From: Massalongia carnosa
Taxonomy: Eukaryota
DNA length: 64,000 nt
Direction: 5' to 3'
NCBI GenBank assembly: GCA_965645245.1
Contig: OZ287070.1
Coordinates: forward strand, 558,001 to 622,000
The position numbers were made by a program, and so were the translations under genes. The notes beneath the pieces were generated by a model. That model did no database searches and was not told the DNA's origin. It was given only the letters and a program-made list of their open reading frames with translations. Each line of letters starts with the position of its first letter. Position 1 is the stretch's first letter. This document shows, in pieces, positions 15,210 to 28,560 of the stretch.

Positions 15210-17218
15210 GCTAGAAGAGAATTGCTTTAGTATAGTTCTGTCTTGATGGAATTTAGTATGGGCCGATCCCTGGATAGAAAGTAGAGAAGGTTGACGAGAG
15301 ATTTCCCTCCCTTTCATCATCTTCGCAGCCTGACCAGGAGCGCCAGGCTGGCTCATGCAGTACAACCGTTTGAAAGCTAACCGTTTTTGAACGGGCAAAG
15401 TTCTCGACTTTTTTAGTTAAAAATTCCTAGCTGGTGCAGTTCGTTTTCGTGCCCTTACCGTCTTCAAGTTTCGTTCCTAGGAAATATTTGCTGATATGAA
15501 GGATGAATCTTTCCCTTAAGGTTTCGCTGGTTTTTTTGCATCTTCTCGGGCGGTGCAACGATTTTCTTGAATTATCTGATTCGGGAATTGGTTTAGTTTC
15601 TTTTACTTCGCAGCATCTTGTTTGAGATTTTCCCATGAAAAAAGTCGAGTATTTGTGATAATTATGTTGAATATTTATCCCAATGTTTTTCTACAAAACT
15701 TATCTAACATTCGAGTCTTTCTATTTTGGATTGCTTTGCTGAAAACAAGTGTTTTCACCCTCCAAGACGATTCGGAAATATCATATCATTCATTCTCTGT
15801 GCTACGAGTACTTGGTAAAGAAATAGTGATATCGTTCTTTCATCTGCAATTTACCGTGTAGTTCCTCCCGTGACTGACTCAAACGGTATATTCAGCTGTA
15901 AGTGACGTAAAAGGGGCGGAAAGTATCACGAGCTGGTTCTGCTCTTCCTTTATCTTTCAATCACCCTGCAAAACCTCTAGGTTAGTTGCGACAACAGAAG
16001 CTGTCGAGAAGAAAAAAACCGATGATACCTATGTCCAATCCCTTGCAGGTTCCTGAGGCATCGTTCGCTGGATGCTGCGGTACGCACCTCCTATTTCGTA
16101 CTTTCTTGAATATCCTACTTCATGTACGCTAGCATTTAATGCTTGAGTTTGTCGAGCACCGCGCGAATGAGCGTCCTAACTGTTATGTATTTGAGATGCC
16201 TCTTGAGCTTCACAGTACTCGATCGGCTCAGAGGCCACGGCCAATTGTTCTTCGCCGCAACTAATGCCTGCGGTCGAAATCTGATTATCACCAAATAGTA
16301 TGAAAGTAGGTTTTACTCTTATTGATACGTTGCAGCTGAATTCTGCATGAAAAAAAAAACAACTCGGCTGTTATTCAACATATATTTCCAGTGATGGAAA
16401 TGTATCTGATGTCTTTTTTATTTTCATTTCTTGCATACTTGTTCGACAATACCAATAGCTCTGCAGCGGGATACGCAATGTGACAGTTCCAGCATCTCGG
16501 AGGCCACAGCCTTATGAGTCTATCGTGCCACTCTCTACGCTCTTTCCATCTCCAAGCTATACCCTGTTTCCTATACACAACGGCAGCATGTCCCGAGTTT
16601 CAACCAGCATCTTACCAACAGCTGTTCTTATCCTAGCTTTCTTCATTTATGTCTTAATAATACCCATTCATCCATTCTCCGTATAAAATCTATAAAATGA
16701 AGGCTCGTGCAAGTCCCTTCCTTTCGCTCCTCCTTGGCCTTGTCTCTTGCAGTCCAATCGCCTAATTCGACGGTGTGCTCCCAGGCAGCCTTATAGAAAG
16801 AGATTTGTCCCTCGCACTCACCCAAAAGCACCCCAGTACCTAAGTAATTTCAGCCGCGACACCCAACATTAAGCTCCGTCTCACATCTCCCCAGAGGGGA
16901 GCAAATCTTTTTTTGACCCCACCCTCCGCGGCGGTTCTCCCGATGTGAAGAATTGGAAGCTTCAGCGGCTCTTCGGTAACCGTCTGCGTACCAGTACCTG
17001 TACCAACTGGGTAGGTAGGTAGGTATATTCCGCATGGCAGAGCTAGATACCCAGCCAGGCGGTGGTAGTAAAGTCTAGCTCTTATTGCAAGTTTTCGGTT
17101 TTTCTTTCTTCTTGCTCTAGAATCCGGGGTCCTTTCCCCCCCTTCACAAAAGGAAGAAGAAAAAAAGGGGGGGGGGATGCGTGGATGTAGCAATTGACGG
17201 AAAACCTGCCCACTTTAC

Positions 17219-18462
17219 TTAAAGCTTTCCCCCGTCGCCTCTTCCCTTCCCCGTCCCAATTTCCACCTCTTGCCTCCACCGCACCGCCAATCTCTCCTTT
17301 CCCCCTACAACGATAACCCTCTCCTCGTCCCCACTCCTTCCCGTCCCTGCCAGTTCTAGTCCAGGCTCCCGTAAGCTGAGCACAGTGCGCCTTGGTGATC
17401 CCGGCGCTGCGGCGAGGAGAGAAGGAGAGAGGAGCGGGAGGGGAATTGGGAAGGGGGAGATGCATTTTTGGGGCCAGGGCGGGCTGCTGGTTTTGATGAA
17501 AGAGAGGAGGCTGGAGCGCTGATGATGGAGGGATGGGCATGGGCGGGAGGTTGAAGGGGCGGAAGGCGAAAGAGGGGGGTAGGGAGACAGGAAAGGGGCA
17601 ATGAGATGTAGGAGGAAGAATTGAGGAGGATAGAGGATGATTTCACCCCGTGCGAAAAGGTCTAGCCAGGTGGCGGGTGGCAGGAAGCGGGCTGTTTTGT
17701 GTTCGATGCCGCCGTCTGGGGTTGGGTGGAGGGTTTCCTGGTTTGGGGGAAACGAGGAACTATGGGAGGACAATTCGGTCGGGAGGGGCAGGAAATAGAG
17801 GTACATCTGGGTGGTGAAGCGTTTTTCAAAATGGGCGGGCGTGAGCCAGCGGGTGAAGGGGACAAGGTTTTCTAGAATGGGAGGGAGATTAGAGAGAGAT
17901 ATGTGATGCTTGGGTTGTTTGAAGATTTGGGACGCAATAACATGAAATGGCGCAGTGTATATACCAATATCAAGCTCGCCACCGTTTCCCGCAATCCAAG
18001 TACGAAAATCAACCCTGTTCCCATGAATCGCACGTCGTCCCTCCTCTCTCTCCTTCTCGGGTATGACGATCAAGTCACGTGATGAATCCGTGGCTTTGCG
18101 CTTTGCGAGCAGAATGCCGCTTTCCTCGAAACATTCCCGAATAGCACAGACCCTGTAGGGGGAACTGTCTTCGTGTCTTATAATGCTTTCTGGCGGTGGG
18201 AGGGCGCCATCTTGAGCGGGGGAGTGGTGTCCACCTGGGAAGACGTGCGCTGAGGGGAAGGACGTGGAGGTTTGTACACGGTTGAGGAGGAGGATGAAGT
18301 TGGTGGTAGAAATGAGGAGAATACTGTACGTCGCGAGAGTGGAGAACTGTTAGAACTGGTACTTGATTGTTTGGGAATGGGAAGCCGACATAGTTACCTT
18401 GCGCTTGGGCTCGGAGTGGGGATGGAGTTTTTGGGGGCGATCTTGGCCTGGGAACTCATCAT
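17219..18462 (-). CDS. Nudix hydrolase, NUDT19-like (acyl-CoA diphosphatase family), 2 exons
   Basis: Spliced P.PSASILLIS...LLLNR...SFPSAHVFPGG, Nudix box YRVCAIRECFEESGILL, FTRWLTP...KRFTTQMYLYF, PTPDGGIE, IILYPPQFFLL. Ends in PTS1-like GKL. Confidence 0.88.
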
Positions 18463-21400
18463 TGCCCGTTGGTCATGAACTCTGAGGTAATATTCCCGGC
18501 GGACATGCCATCTCGGAGTATGAAGGTTTAAGTGGGATATATTGTCTTGGACGTGGACGAGAATCTTGGGCTTCGCTCTCGTCCTACGGTTGAAATAGCG
18601 CAAGACCGTGCATTCTCTTGAATAAATGATTCTTACTAATCTCTCACAGGCATCCTTTCTAAAATGTCGCGAAGGCTTGTCAAGGCGAGATTGGAGCATA
18701 AAATCGAGCGAAGGATGGAGAGAAGAAGATTGATACAGCGGAGATCGTGCTCATAACGAATAGGGCGCGGAATTCCGCAGGCCGTCTAGCAAAACCACCA
18801 TTTACATTAATTCCGCTACTTCCTCTCATAGTTCCGCCCCCCGCCAATCTAATCTCGCTATCCCGCAATCTCGCTACTCCACTTCCATTATTTTTTCCAA
18901 TTGTTCTAGTGGAGACGGTTCTTTCACGGTGGATTCCCCCACGGCTAATTTACTGGAGATGAATGGTCCCAATATTCTGGGTGTTCCATTTGAAGGAAAG
19001 GAGTTGGAGGTTGAGGAGGTATTGCAAGCGAGAAGGGGATGTGGGTGGGAGGAGAAAGGGTCTGGGACTTGGACGGGAATAGGGCTGGGGAATTTCTTTG
19101 GAGATCGTGGGTATGAAGTAATGCGAATGTTCAATAGGATCGTTGGAAGGTGGTATCTATGTATAATTCTGTTCGAAACCCTGCTGAGGAGGACACCGGG
19201 CGAGCAGAGATATTATACGAGTTCAGGCAAGGCACACTTAGGGTCCCATGTATTCCTCAATTTGAAAAAATATGTCTTCAATGCCTGAGCATCTCCGCTC
19301 CTGTACGTCCCGCTAGAAGTAGGTCATGTCCGGTGTATCCGCTGATTGGCGTAACCGCCTTTGCTGATGATGGTAGCTGAGGAATATCAAGCTGAGGGCG
19401 TAAGTCATCATGTTAGCATTCCGTCGAGAAGATTCTGCGCTCCTGTTGATGATGGAAGAGGTGTGTGAGATCCCTCCCCACACACCAAATCCCTCGCAGC
19501 CTCACTATTTTCCCAGTGAAAAATCCCTTGATACCTTGGTTTAAGCCTTGCCTTGCTGTATAGCTCAAGCAGGAGGTAAGGGGTTGTGGAAGGAGCTTTT
19601 CGTGGTATAATCCAAGATACTCAAGGGTTTAGGAAGAATGAAGCTTGAAAACGGTTGGGATTTGGAAAATGTTTTAATACGAGGAAAACTGTGGTCGGTG
19701 ATGCTTGAAGAAGAATATGAGAGATATGGTTTCGCTACGGGAGTTCGAATTCTGAAAATTAAGTTTTTTGAAATAAATATGGTGACGTAAAGGGATTTGC
19801 ATGCGTATCAGATAGAGTGAGATTGATCCATGACACCTTTTCATCAGGTCATGCTAAGGGCGTCCAGAGGCCAATAATGCCCAGGCTTACAGAATACGTA
19901 GATCAACGCGACAATTAGGAAACTCGGAGCAAAGCTTTAGCAATGAAAATGTGAAGCAGCGAATATTCAGAGCGAGTTGAAGAGAACACAGGCGAGTTGG
20001 ATTTTCTTACAGATATGGGTGATGGTTTAGATGTCGTTAGGAGTTAGAGTCGGCAATATGGAACCTAGGAGGAGGGAGATTATTTAATGCAACATATATG
20101 TTGTCTAGTTATAGAGAAATAAGAACTATCCAGCGAACAGCTCAACGAGATAGGGAAAAGACAAGAGTTTTCTCCCCCCCTGAGTCCTACATGGCATGTA
20201 TTGAATGGAACTTCTGCACTGATACATGAGCATAGATGTGACAAGCCAAAAATGGAAGCAAAAGGCAGAGCAAGAGCAACTAGATTAGAAGAAAATGAGA
20301 GGAAGAGAGCGAAGATCAAAGTAGCTCGCTCAGAGAAAAGGGTCAAGAGGAAAGAAATGATGTCCTGGTGATGGTAGTAGGAGAGGTCAAATGGATTGTC
20401 CGGCAAGAGCTACATGGTTAGAGCATGACCTATTTCAAAAAGCGTCCTATGGACGCCCATTCAGTATTTGATCAGCTTACTCAGGATTCAAAGCCAACTA
20501 CTTTAAGATATGTCTCTTATCATGATTTTCTGCGCTAATAAAATAGTATCTTGACGCATTGCTGAATGATCTTTTGATGCTACAAGAAACACTGGTCTTG
20601 TGCTTGCACTAACGTTACACAGAGTCTTGGAGCGCATGGCAATGCAGGCTTCTCATCTGCTCATTCGCATATTAGCGTTTCAAACAGGAAGTATCGTCGT
20701 GAAAAATACGGGGTTTGACTGGCGATTAAAAGCAGTCATTGGTCTATGGCGATCGTTCTCGGGGTATAAGTAAGAATGTAAAGCGTTCTTTCTGTCAAAA
20801 ATAACTGTTGTGTAACATCGCGGGATGATAAACCTTCATGCATGCAATGATCTTCTCCAGAGAAATGGAAAAACCGGTATTGGGGTCTTCAGGAGGCGTG
20901 TACCTTTATGCCGCCGCAGCAGCAGCAGCCAGGATCGACACTGCCGCTTTTTAGCGATCAAAGGCATATAGCCGTCGGTAGCAATTCCGAGACACCTCTC
21001 ATGTCTAATCCGGGTATTAGACTCATTTCTACCACTTCATTAGGAAGAGTACACTACTTTAGTCTAATCGTACCCTTTCAGGCCACTCCCTTTTCAATGT
21101 TTTGGCTGTAGTTACTCGACGCAAAACCCCTCATGCAAATGATCCTTGAGGATTCTGCATTACACCAAATGGATGTGCAGGTGTAACGAGAGGGTACTGA
21201 CCGATGCCTGATCGCCCTTATAACGCAAGCGTGCTTTACCGAAGGTTGTTTCAGAAACTCCTTTCCCCACGCTCGTCATGTTGTGCCTTATGTACTTTTG
21301 ACAGCTGTTTACACGTTCCCTCAAGAAAAGGCCTGTAGTGAAACTTGCTATGCTCAGGGCCTTCTACCCATTTGAAAAACACATTGATCTGGTGGTTGCA

Positions 21401-22706
21401 GGTTAATGCATTGGCTGAAAATATTGTAGAGAACTCTTGCATATCGACGATGGAGCATCGAGGAGCTAGAACAACGCTAATGATGCCATTCACTGTCTCC
21501 GCATCAATTGCAAAGGGTCACAACTGCGGCAAGCTTCGTAGGCTGGTATCGTGAGAAAGACAAATAAAAACGTTGGTAGTAAAATAGAGAATAAGCCCTC
21601 GGTTGGTTCATCTTTGATGCAAGGAATTCTTCTTGCAGAGTTTGTCAAAAAAATCACTAATACAGAGTACAGCCTTGTTGGTATTCACTCATGAAGCTAG
21701 AATCAGCTGCTTTCCCCATAAGCATTCTGGTTTCCATCAATATTGACATATTCGAGAGGCCTGCAAGGCTTCAACGCCAACCAGTATCCCTTGATCCTCT
21801 GGTTGCAACTCAACAGAAACATTTGCCTGATTCTAAGGGCAACCATCGAGGCACATATAGGTCAACATTCCCGTTTCCCCCTATGCATAGTCAATTCCAT
21901 TGGAAACGATGAGAAGCAGGGGAATTCGTGATCTCTAACGCTGTCGATCGGCGGTAGTCTTCATGTGAGACCTTATCGTTCAGTCGAGTAAGCCAGCCGC
22001 CGCTATTCATGCCAGCAACCAAAGATTATCCACAAATGTTAACATCAACAACCTCAGGCTACAGATACTTCACAACCAAATCTGATTCGTATCCTTGCAT
22101 AATATCTGCAGCGCTGGCACGGTCCACCCCACTTCTGCTTTAGTGTCTAGTTTCGCCCTCGAGTGGGTGAAGATTGTGAACGGACAAGCTGCATTCTCAA
22201 TGGTGCAATATAGGCTAGGACAGACCACTTTCATCAACGAACTAGGTAGAATTTCTGCTGTAGACATCCTGCTGCTCAAATTTTACCCAATGGATTACAC
22301 AGAATAGAAGAAAAGGTTTTCGGATACCCTCACCTGCATTTAACCATTGCAACGGCCAGGCAACTAGCTCCAAAATAGCTAGTAACATTGGTCGCACAAC
22401 CTCTGGTTGAAATCCTTAATGCAGCAAAACTAAATCAGTTCCTAGATGGTTTGAAACCTTATGTTGAGCTCTCATCTCAGTATTAGCGTCCAATCGTAAC
22501 CACTACTAATTTATCGTCGAGTTTTGAGTAAGATATTATAAAAAAGGTGTGTACTCGGCTTTTATCTGTGTCCTAGATAAAGTGATTGAATGTTCGTCGA
22601 AGTCAGTAACATGTCATACGTCGGATTGGGTTGCGAACCTTATTCCATTTGGCATTTCGTGGTCTCCAGAAGTCTTCCAAGTGTGTCCCCTGATCCTGTA
22701 CAACTA

Positions 22707-23081
22707 CAGTGACGCATGCAGCCTCCTAACGCATCAGATTTCACATTCAAATCACATAAAATGTAAGTACGTACGGATCAACGACGACATGGAACAATCT
22801 CGTTATAAAAATTTTGAATAATTATTTGTAAAATTATTCCTAGATTAAAAATTTATACTCTTGAAAAATTCGAAAATAGCATAAAACATAAATTTAACTG
22901 ATTTCTTACGTAAAAACCAGTGATATTTCTAGTTCTTGATTTTTTCGAATGTTAATAGTATAATAATTGAATTAAATAATCATAACAACTTTACTTCATG
23001 TTGTCGTTGATCCGTACGTACTTACATTTTATGTGATTTGTATGTGAAATCTGATGCGTCAGTAGGCTGCATGCGTCACTG
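22707..23081. mobile_element. MITE (non-autonomous DNA transposon, Tc1/mariner-type CAGT ends), 375 bp
   Basis: 85-bp terminal inverted repeats (22707-22791 and 22997-23081) with 4 mismatches, starting CAGTG and ending CACTG. TA immediately left; AT-rich non-coding core. Confidence 0.88.
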
Positions 23082-23522
23082 AGCTGCTGGACACTAGTAG
23101 GCGACTCGCTTCGATTACTAGTTTCCTGAACACGATTAAGTGCATTTTATGTCAAGGTTCCCAAGTTTTGATAATGCCTCCAACTATTGGCAGCGGCTGT
23201 CTGTACACCCAACAGAATGACGCCTTGAAAAATGCGTCTAATCGTGGTTACTATGTGCGAAAAGCGCTGACGGTCTACTTTAGTGCGACGTAACATGCTT
23301 TTTGCCCGTAAAAGTGACAGTATGTAACATAAAACAATGCACGACTTTTAAAATAGAGCCTTCTTACGCCAAGAGAAATAATGGAGCAGAAGATTTGCTA
23401 GGTCCCAGAAGCATGGAAGAAGGTGAAGGTTTAAGAGGAACCAAGTTTCGGAAGCCATATTCTGCTTCAGACAATCCGGATGCAGGCCCTTGCATAGTTC
23501 AACTTATATTCACAATAAATTC

Positions 23523-25115
23523 TCAGCTCAGGCGACTTAGGCCACAATCAATAAGATTGTCTTCTGACTCACAGAATGAATCGCAGGACAGCATCGAGTC
23601 ATTGCATGTCTCCAAAGGTTCGTAGAAAAGAGGGTCACTGGGAGAGGCAGGAGCGCATCCTGTAATACGCGAATAGTCAAAGTGGTTGTCCCCTGGGACC
23701 GGTGATTCCGGTGTGGTATTTGAGGTATGAAGATATAAAGGCACAGTATCAGATAAGAAGAAAGTCGTATCCATAACTCCTGCAGCCATATTTTCAGTCG
23801 TAGAACTAGAGCTGGGGTCCGCCGGATTTCCGTTGAAATATCGAAAGGCCCTTGGCTCATCCATCCTCAAGGACCGTCTCATTCGGGCTGCTTTTCTTGC
23901 CGCTTTTCCACCTTTGGCTCCTGAACGCTGTCTTTGTGGGGCTGGAGCCTCAGCTTTACCTGCTTTTTTAGTCGAGTTGTGCTTTCGGTAGCGGGTAGTC
24001 GACTTCACACCTTCAATGAGGGCGGAGTCTTCAAGGACCCATATAAAGCCTTTTTTCGATTCATCGGTAACCGGGATTTGGTCTTCCTTCTTGAATGCCT
24101 GCTACCCTGTTAGCATTTATTCTAAAGGATGAGGACATCGTATAAACCTTACCCCGTTCATTGATAGATTGTGTCTAATACTATTCTGCCACCCCTTAGA
24201 TGATGCGTTTTTAGCTTTATCTGTATTGTTTTCGAACCATTCATATATGTCCTTTAGAACCATCGCGTGTCCCGGGGCGCTTCTTAACGCTCGATATATG
24301 AGCTGCGCATAAGGTTCCACGTTGGCGCTGCCATCTCCATCGCTCTCCTCATCATGCATGCCAGTCGGTGAGAAATGATCCAGACATCCCTTGTTGAGGT
24401 CTAGATTAATTCTAGAAGGGAAGCTCATTTTTGTAGTACTGGGACTTGATTGAGAGGATTTTGATAGATGTCTCTGGAACGATTTTACCCCTAGGCGTGA
24501 GTGAGGTGTGCCCCGTCTCGGGTATTGAAAGGTCTCCCTTCGGGCTTGTTGGGCATTGACGGTAGTTTGGTGCACTTGCTGGTTTCGAGGTTCAATGACG
24601 TATGAGGATGGAGAATAAGTTTGGGCAATCGGTTCCACTAAAGTCTTCATATTGACCTCGTCTCCAACAGCATAATTCCGCGGACACATTAACGACGGGT
24701 ACGCAGGGTCTGGTCCATCTATAGAATGACAATCCCACACTCCATGCTCCCCAAGCTTGCCGGGTGTGTGGTCTCCATCCGGGGTCTCAAACCGGGGGCT
24801 AGCAAATCTCTGACCCATCTGATATTGATTGGACTCTTGAAAGGATAGGATTGAATCTTGCAAGTTTTGCCATTCAAATAAAGACTTTGGATTGGTTGTA
24901 AACTCGCTTCCAGGATATAGACTGTCCGGATAGTAAAACTCCGAGACAGCCTGTGTTGCATGAGTGGCTAAAGATGGCATGTTGCTCTGTAGAGTGCTTT
25001 CCTGTGCTCGAGATTGGAAGGTAGCTGAGGTCTTATGGATGGTAAAAAGATCAGGGTTCAGTGGAAGATCATGAGAACGGAGAGGGTAGCGAGGAACTCC
25101 TTGCGATGGCATCAT
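23523..25115 (-). CDS. Forkhead (winged-helix) transcription factor, 2 exons
   Basis: EPYAQLIYRALRSAPGHAMVLKDIYEWF...KGWQNSIRHNLSMNG|AFKK...KKGFIWVL...GVKSTTRYRK; intron 24099-24152 joins ORFs 24117-25115 and 23523-24008. Confidence 0.92.
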
Positions 25116-26320
25116 CAGAGCTTATGCCACTGGAGCCAAACGAACCGGCTCTTATAGAAGGCAGAAAGACGGAGAGGTGAAGTGCAGATATTAGTCGGTC
25201 AACAAAATGAGAACAGCGTAAGAGAACTTCTAGAAATCATACTTGTGAGACATTGATATCAAAAGCCTTTTCTACATTGTAGGGAAAGATTAGGCTCATC
25301 TACAGCGTTGCAGGTCATGCGTCGCGCCAACTCATGGTCCGGCTGTGGTGCAGTTGACCGATTCTGCATCAAATGAGCAAACACTACGGGAGTATGAAGA
25401 ACTCAAGAGTGATCTTCTTAGCCTGCTTCCCGGCATGTAGGCTTGCTGCCATGCTTGAATTCCCCCAGGTCACGTAGCACTAACCCCATCATGCTTTGCT
25501 GTCCGCTCCGATATAATTACTAAGAAGGAGTCACCGCCGGGTGTACAGTCCACTCGTTTTTGGACAAGTCTCAGCCTTATAAATTGCGACGAGCCTTTGA
25601 TTCAAGGCGGGAACGGCTTCTTGCACCCCTTCTTTAGTGCAGGGCGGGTGACCCAGGATCTTTAGAAAAACCTATTGGCTGGCTAGATGCATGGATAGCA
25701 ACCCAAAAATCCACCTCGACAGTAGCTCTGACTGGGCTTCTAGAAGATGTGAAGGTGGCAAAGGCTTACAACCATCCATACCCCATAACGTTGGGCGTAG
25801 TGGCGCCTTCGATAGGTGGACTAATTTTGACAATCACGTTGGCTACACGTATCGCCTCCACCGCAGATTGATGCAGCACTTCTACGGATTTGTGGCTGTT
25901 CACCAGTGATGCAAAAGACTTCCTCGTGACGGTTGGCATCCAAGAAGTTTTCTCAGAGCGAATAGTAAGCCTATCCAGGTAATTGGTATCGTCAAGATCT
26001 ATATATCTCTCAAAATCGGCGGCTCTGACGGGTAATTTAAAGGAAGCTTCTATGCTCGGCTTTTACAGAGCGAAAGTTAGGGTTCCTGCAGCTATTGAGT
26101 CATCGTTCCGGATGTATTTGAGTAACGTTACCGGGGTTCACAAGAATGGTGACCTTTGTATCTACCAAATGGCATCCACTATATGTAGCGATACCGCCAA
26201 AAGGATCTATGAATGGCAGATACGCAAATCGGTTCAAAGATATGTAAACAAGCATACCCATCCTATCTGGCTGAAGAGGAAAGGTCCCGGCACTGATTGG
26301 AGGAGGATTTCTCATCAAGG

Positions 26321-28344
26321 TTATTTTCGATAGTAAACCTAGCTTAAAGTTAGCACCTCTAGGCTTGGTCAACATGAAAGAGAACGATGATGATACCTTT
26401 TTGAATTGGAAATGAAGTTGAAGGATGCCCTAAGTCAATCCAAGTCAGCTTCCGAAAGTTTTCCAAGTCTTGGTAAGACCTTTTAGAAGAAACCGAGAGT
26501 AAAGTTCGGCAATATCCTTTGTACCTCTCTTGCACTCTCAACTTACTTTATCAAAGCTACTTCGAAACCCACGTTCTCTCTTCGCACTATAATCCCATTC
26601 TTTATCGACAATTCGAAATGCTACATCCTCATACGGAGGTCCACTGATGAATCTTATCAGGCATGTGTCTTCTTCTCCAGCCGGTGCAAAAGATTGCCCT
26701 CTTTTGCGACCATTCTCCCGCTCGATGCGATACGTTGGCGCTTTGACCTTGTCGATCAAGTCGGGGTAAAAGATGTTGAACTTGTAGCCTTGAACGACCT
26801 TGGGTGGAGGGTTGTCGTGATCGTAATGCGTTTGGTTATACTTGTTCCATTCGTAGCCCATTTGGACACGATTGAAATATCGTGGCTTTCTTGGTCTGTA
26901 CTTACCCGCCCATAGAGGCTTAGACAATGAAGAGACTTCTTCCTCCCCTGCAAATATTTCTTCGTTCTCCTGGACCCCTCTAGCGACTTCTCGTTCATAC
27001 AAAGCAGTTGTAGCTTGGGAAAAGTCCTCGTTAGGAACTGGGGCAAACCGTGTGACTGCTGCAACAGGTGGTTCCGTTGATTTTGCAGCGAAGAGTTGAG
27101 ATGGCCTCTCGGATCGAGATTGCCGTAAGGGTACATATCCCAATCTGAGGATCCTGCGGCGTTCCAAAGCCTATCCCCAGAATTTTAGATAGTACAAAAA
27201 CACCCCAAAAAACGTCAGAACTTACAATTATTTTCATAAAATCCATCTCTTCGATCACCTCACAACTTTTATCCTCAGTTCGTAATTTTAGCAGGGGCTC
27301 GGGATCCAAGCACCTTGAATATGGTACTGATCGGATGGAAGTTGAAGCGGTCTCATTTGTAAGAGAATGGCCATCTATGGCAGTAAGTAGTTCATCAGAG
27401 CCCGTAAGAAGTAGAGCCAGCTTTCCTTTCATGTTTATGGCATCTGATGCCTGCTGTTGTCTCAAGGTAGCTAGGCGGCTGCCGATGATGGATTTGTAAA
27501 CTTGGTTTAGCTCAGCCTTTGCTTTGTAGACGGCTATGTTGCTTAAGAGTTGCTCCCAGTATTCGACATCAATCGGTTCATTAGAATGCAGCTTCGCTAA
27601 GATTTGATTCTCTAGAACGTCGAGTTCCTTCGGAGATTTGGGACTCAAAAGCCGATCCACGTCGACAGAGACTGAGTGGGCTGAACGGACTTGCGAAAGT
27701 GTAGGAGCAAATTTGGTCTGATAATCTCTGCAAATCACTTTCAGTGCCTACAAGCTGTCAGTAATTATAAATCATTCGGGGTTGGAGCAACGTACATTCC
27801 AGTATTTCCGGTTGTTTACGTTGGACTCAAGGGCTAAGTATGTACCTATATCTTTCCCTGCTTCTTGTAACTGAGCTTGGCTAAGACCCTCGAACACCTC
27901 AGCAGGATCGACGATATCAATTTCAGGATCGTTTGTTTCCTCCTCTAACGGATCTGTTGTAGTATCAATGACTCCCAAAGTCACGGCAAGCCAGTCGATA
28001 ATCTTTGCTCGTCCTTCCCGAACTCGAATATGTGCCTTCTTCTTGGACTGCTTTAGCACAAAGTCATCCTCCTTAGAAACCCATTCTCTCATTTGCTCTG
28101 CTTCTTGAATCTGATTTAGACGGGTCTGCTCGCGGGCAAAGCTTTCCTGCTCCTTTCTTTCCGTGAAGACCTCATTCGCTATGGCTTCATCAGAAGCGGT
28201 TGACTCTCCGATCTGGCCTTGATAGCGGCGACGTTCCTTATTTGGTCTCTGCCTCGTACGAGGAGAAGAAGATCTAAACCTCTTCTTAGGATGTTCAGGA
28301 ATGGGTATATTGTGACGAATTTGCATCGCGGCCATTTCACACAT
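26321..28344 (-). CDS. CACTIN: Cactin (spliceosome-associated), 5 exons
   Basis: EWVSKEDDFVLKQSKKKAHIRVREGRAK.IDWL, IDVEYWEQLL, KYRPRKPRYFNRVQMGYEWNKYNQTHYDHDNPPPKVVQGYKFNIFYPDL, GPPYEDVAFRIV. Two short last exons GILQLHFQFKK|VYYRK* end at 26321. Confidence 0.95.
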
Positions 28345-28560
28345 GCGGTGGGTGGGTTTGGTCGTCGAATGGTAGATTTTAGTACGGTGTACGGAGTAAT
28401 TTACTCCGCTAGTTAAACGCTAACTTAGCGAGTTTATGTAACTAGCATGCCACGTGCTTGACCTAGCCTCATAAGGTACATAACTAATGTAGGTATTTCA
28501 AATTCTGAATCCACCACCGTATTTGCGCACCCAGTACCTACGTTCCCTCACATCAACAAC

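Noticed and set aside
19800..22700. Short ORFs in the long intergenic region
   Set aside because: No domain-like sequence or consistent splice structure found on either strand.
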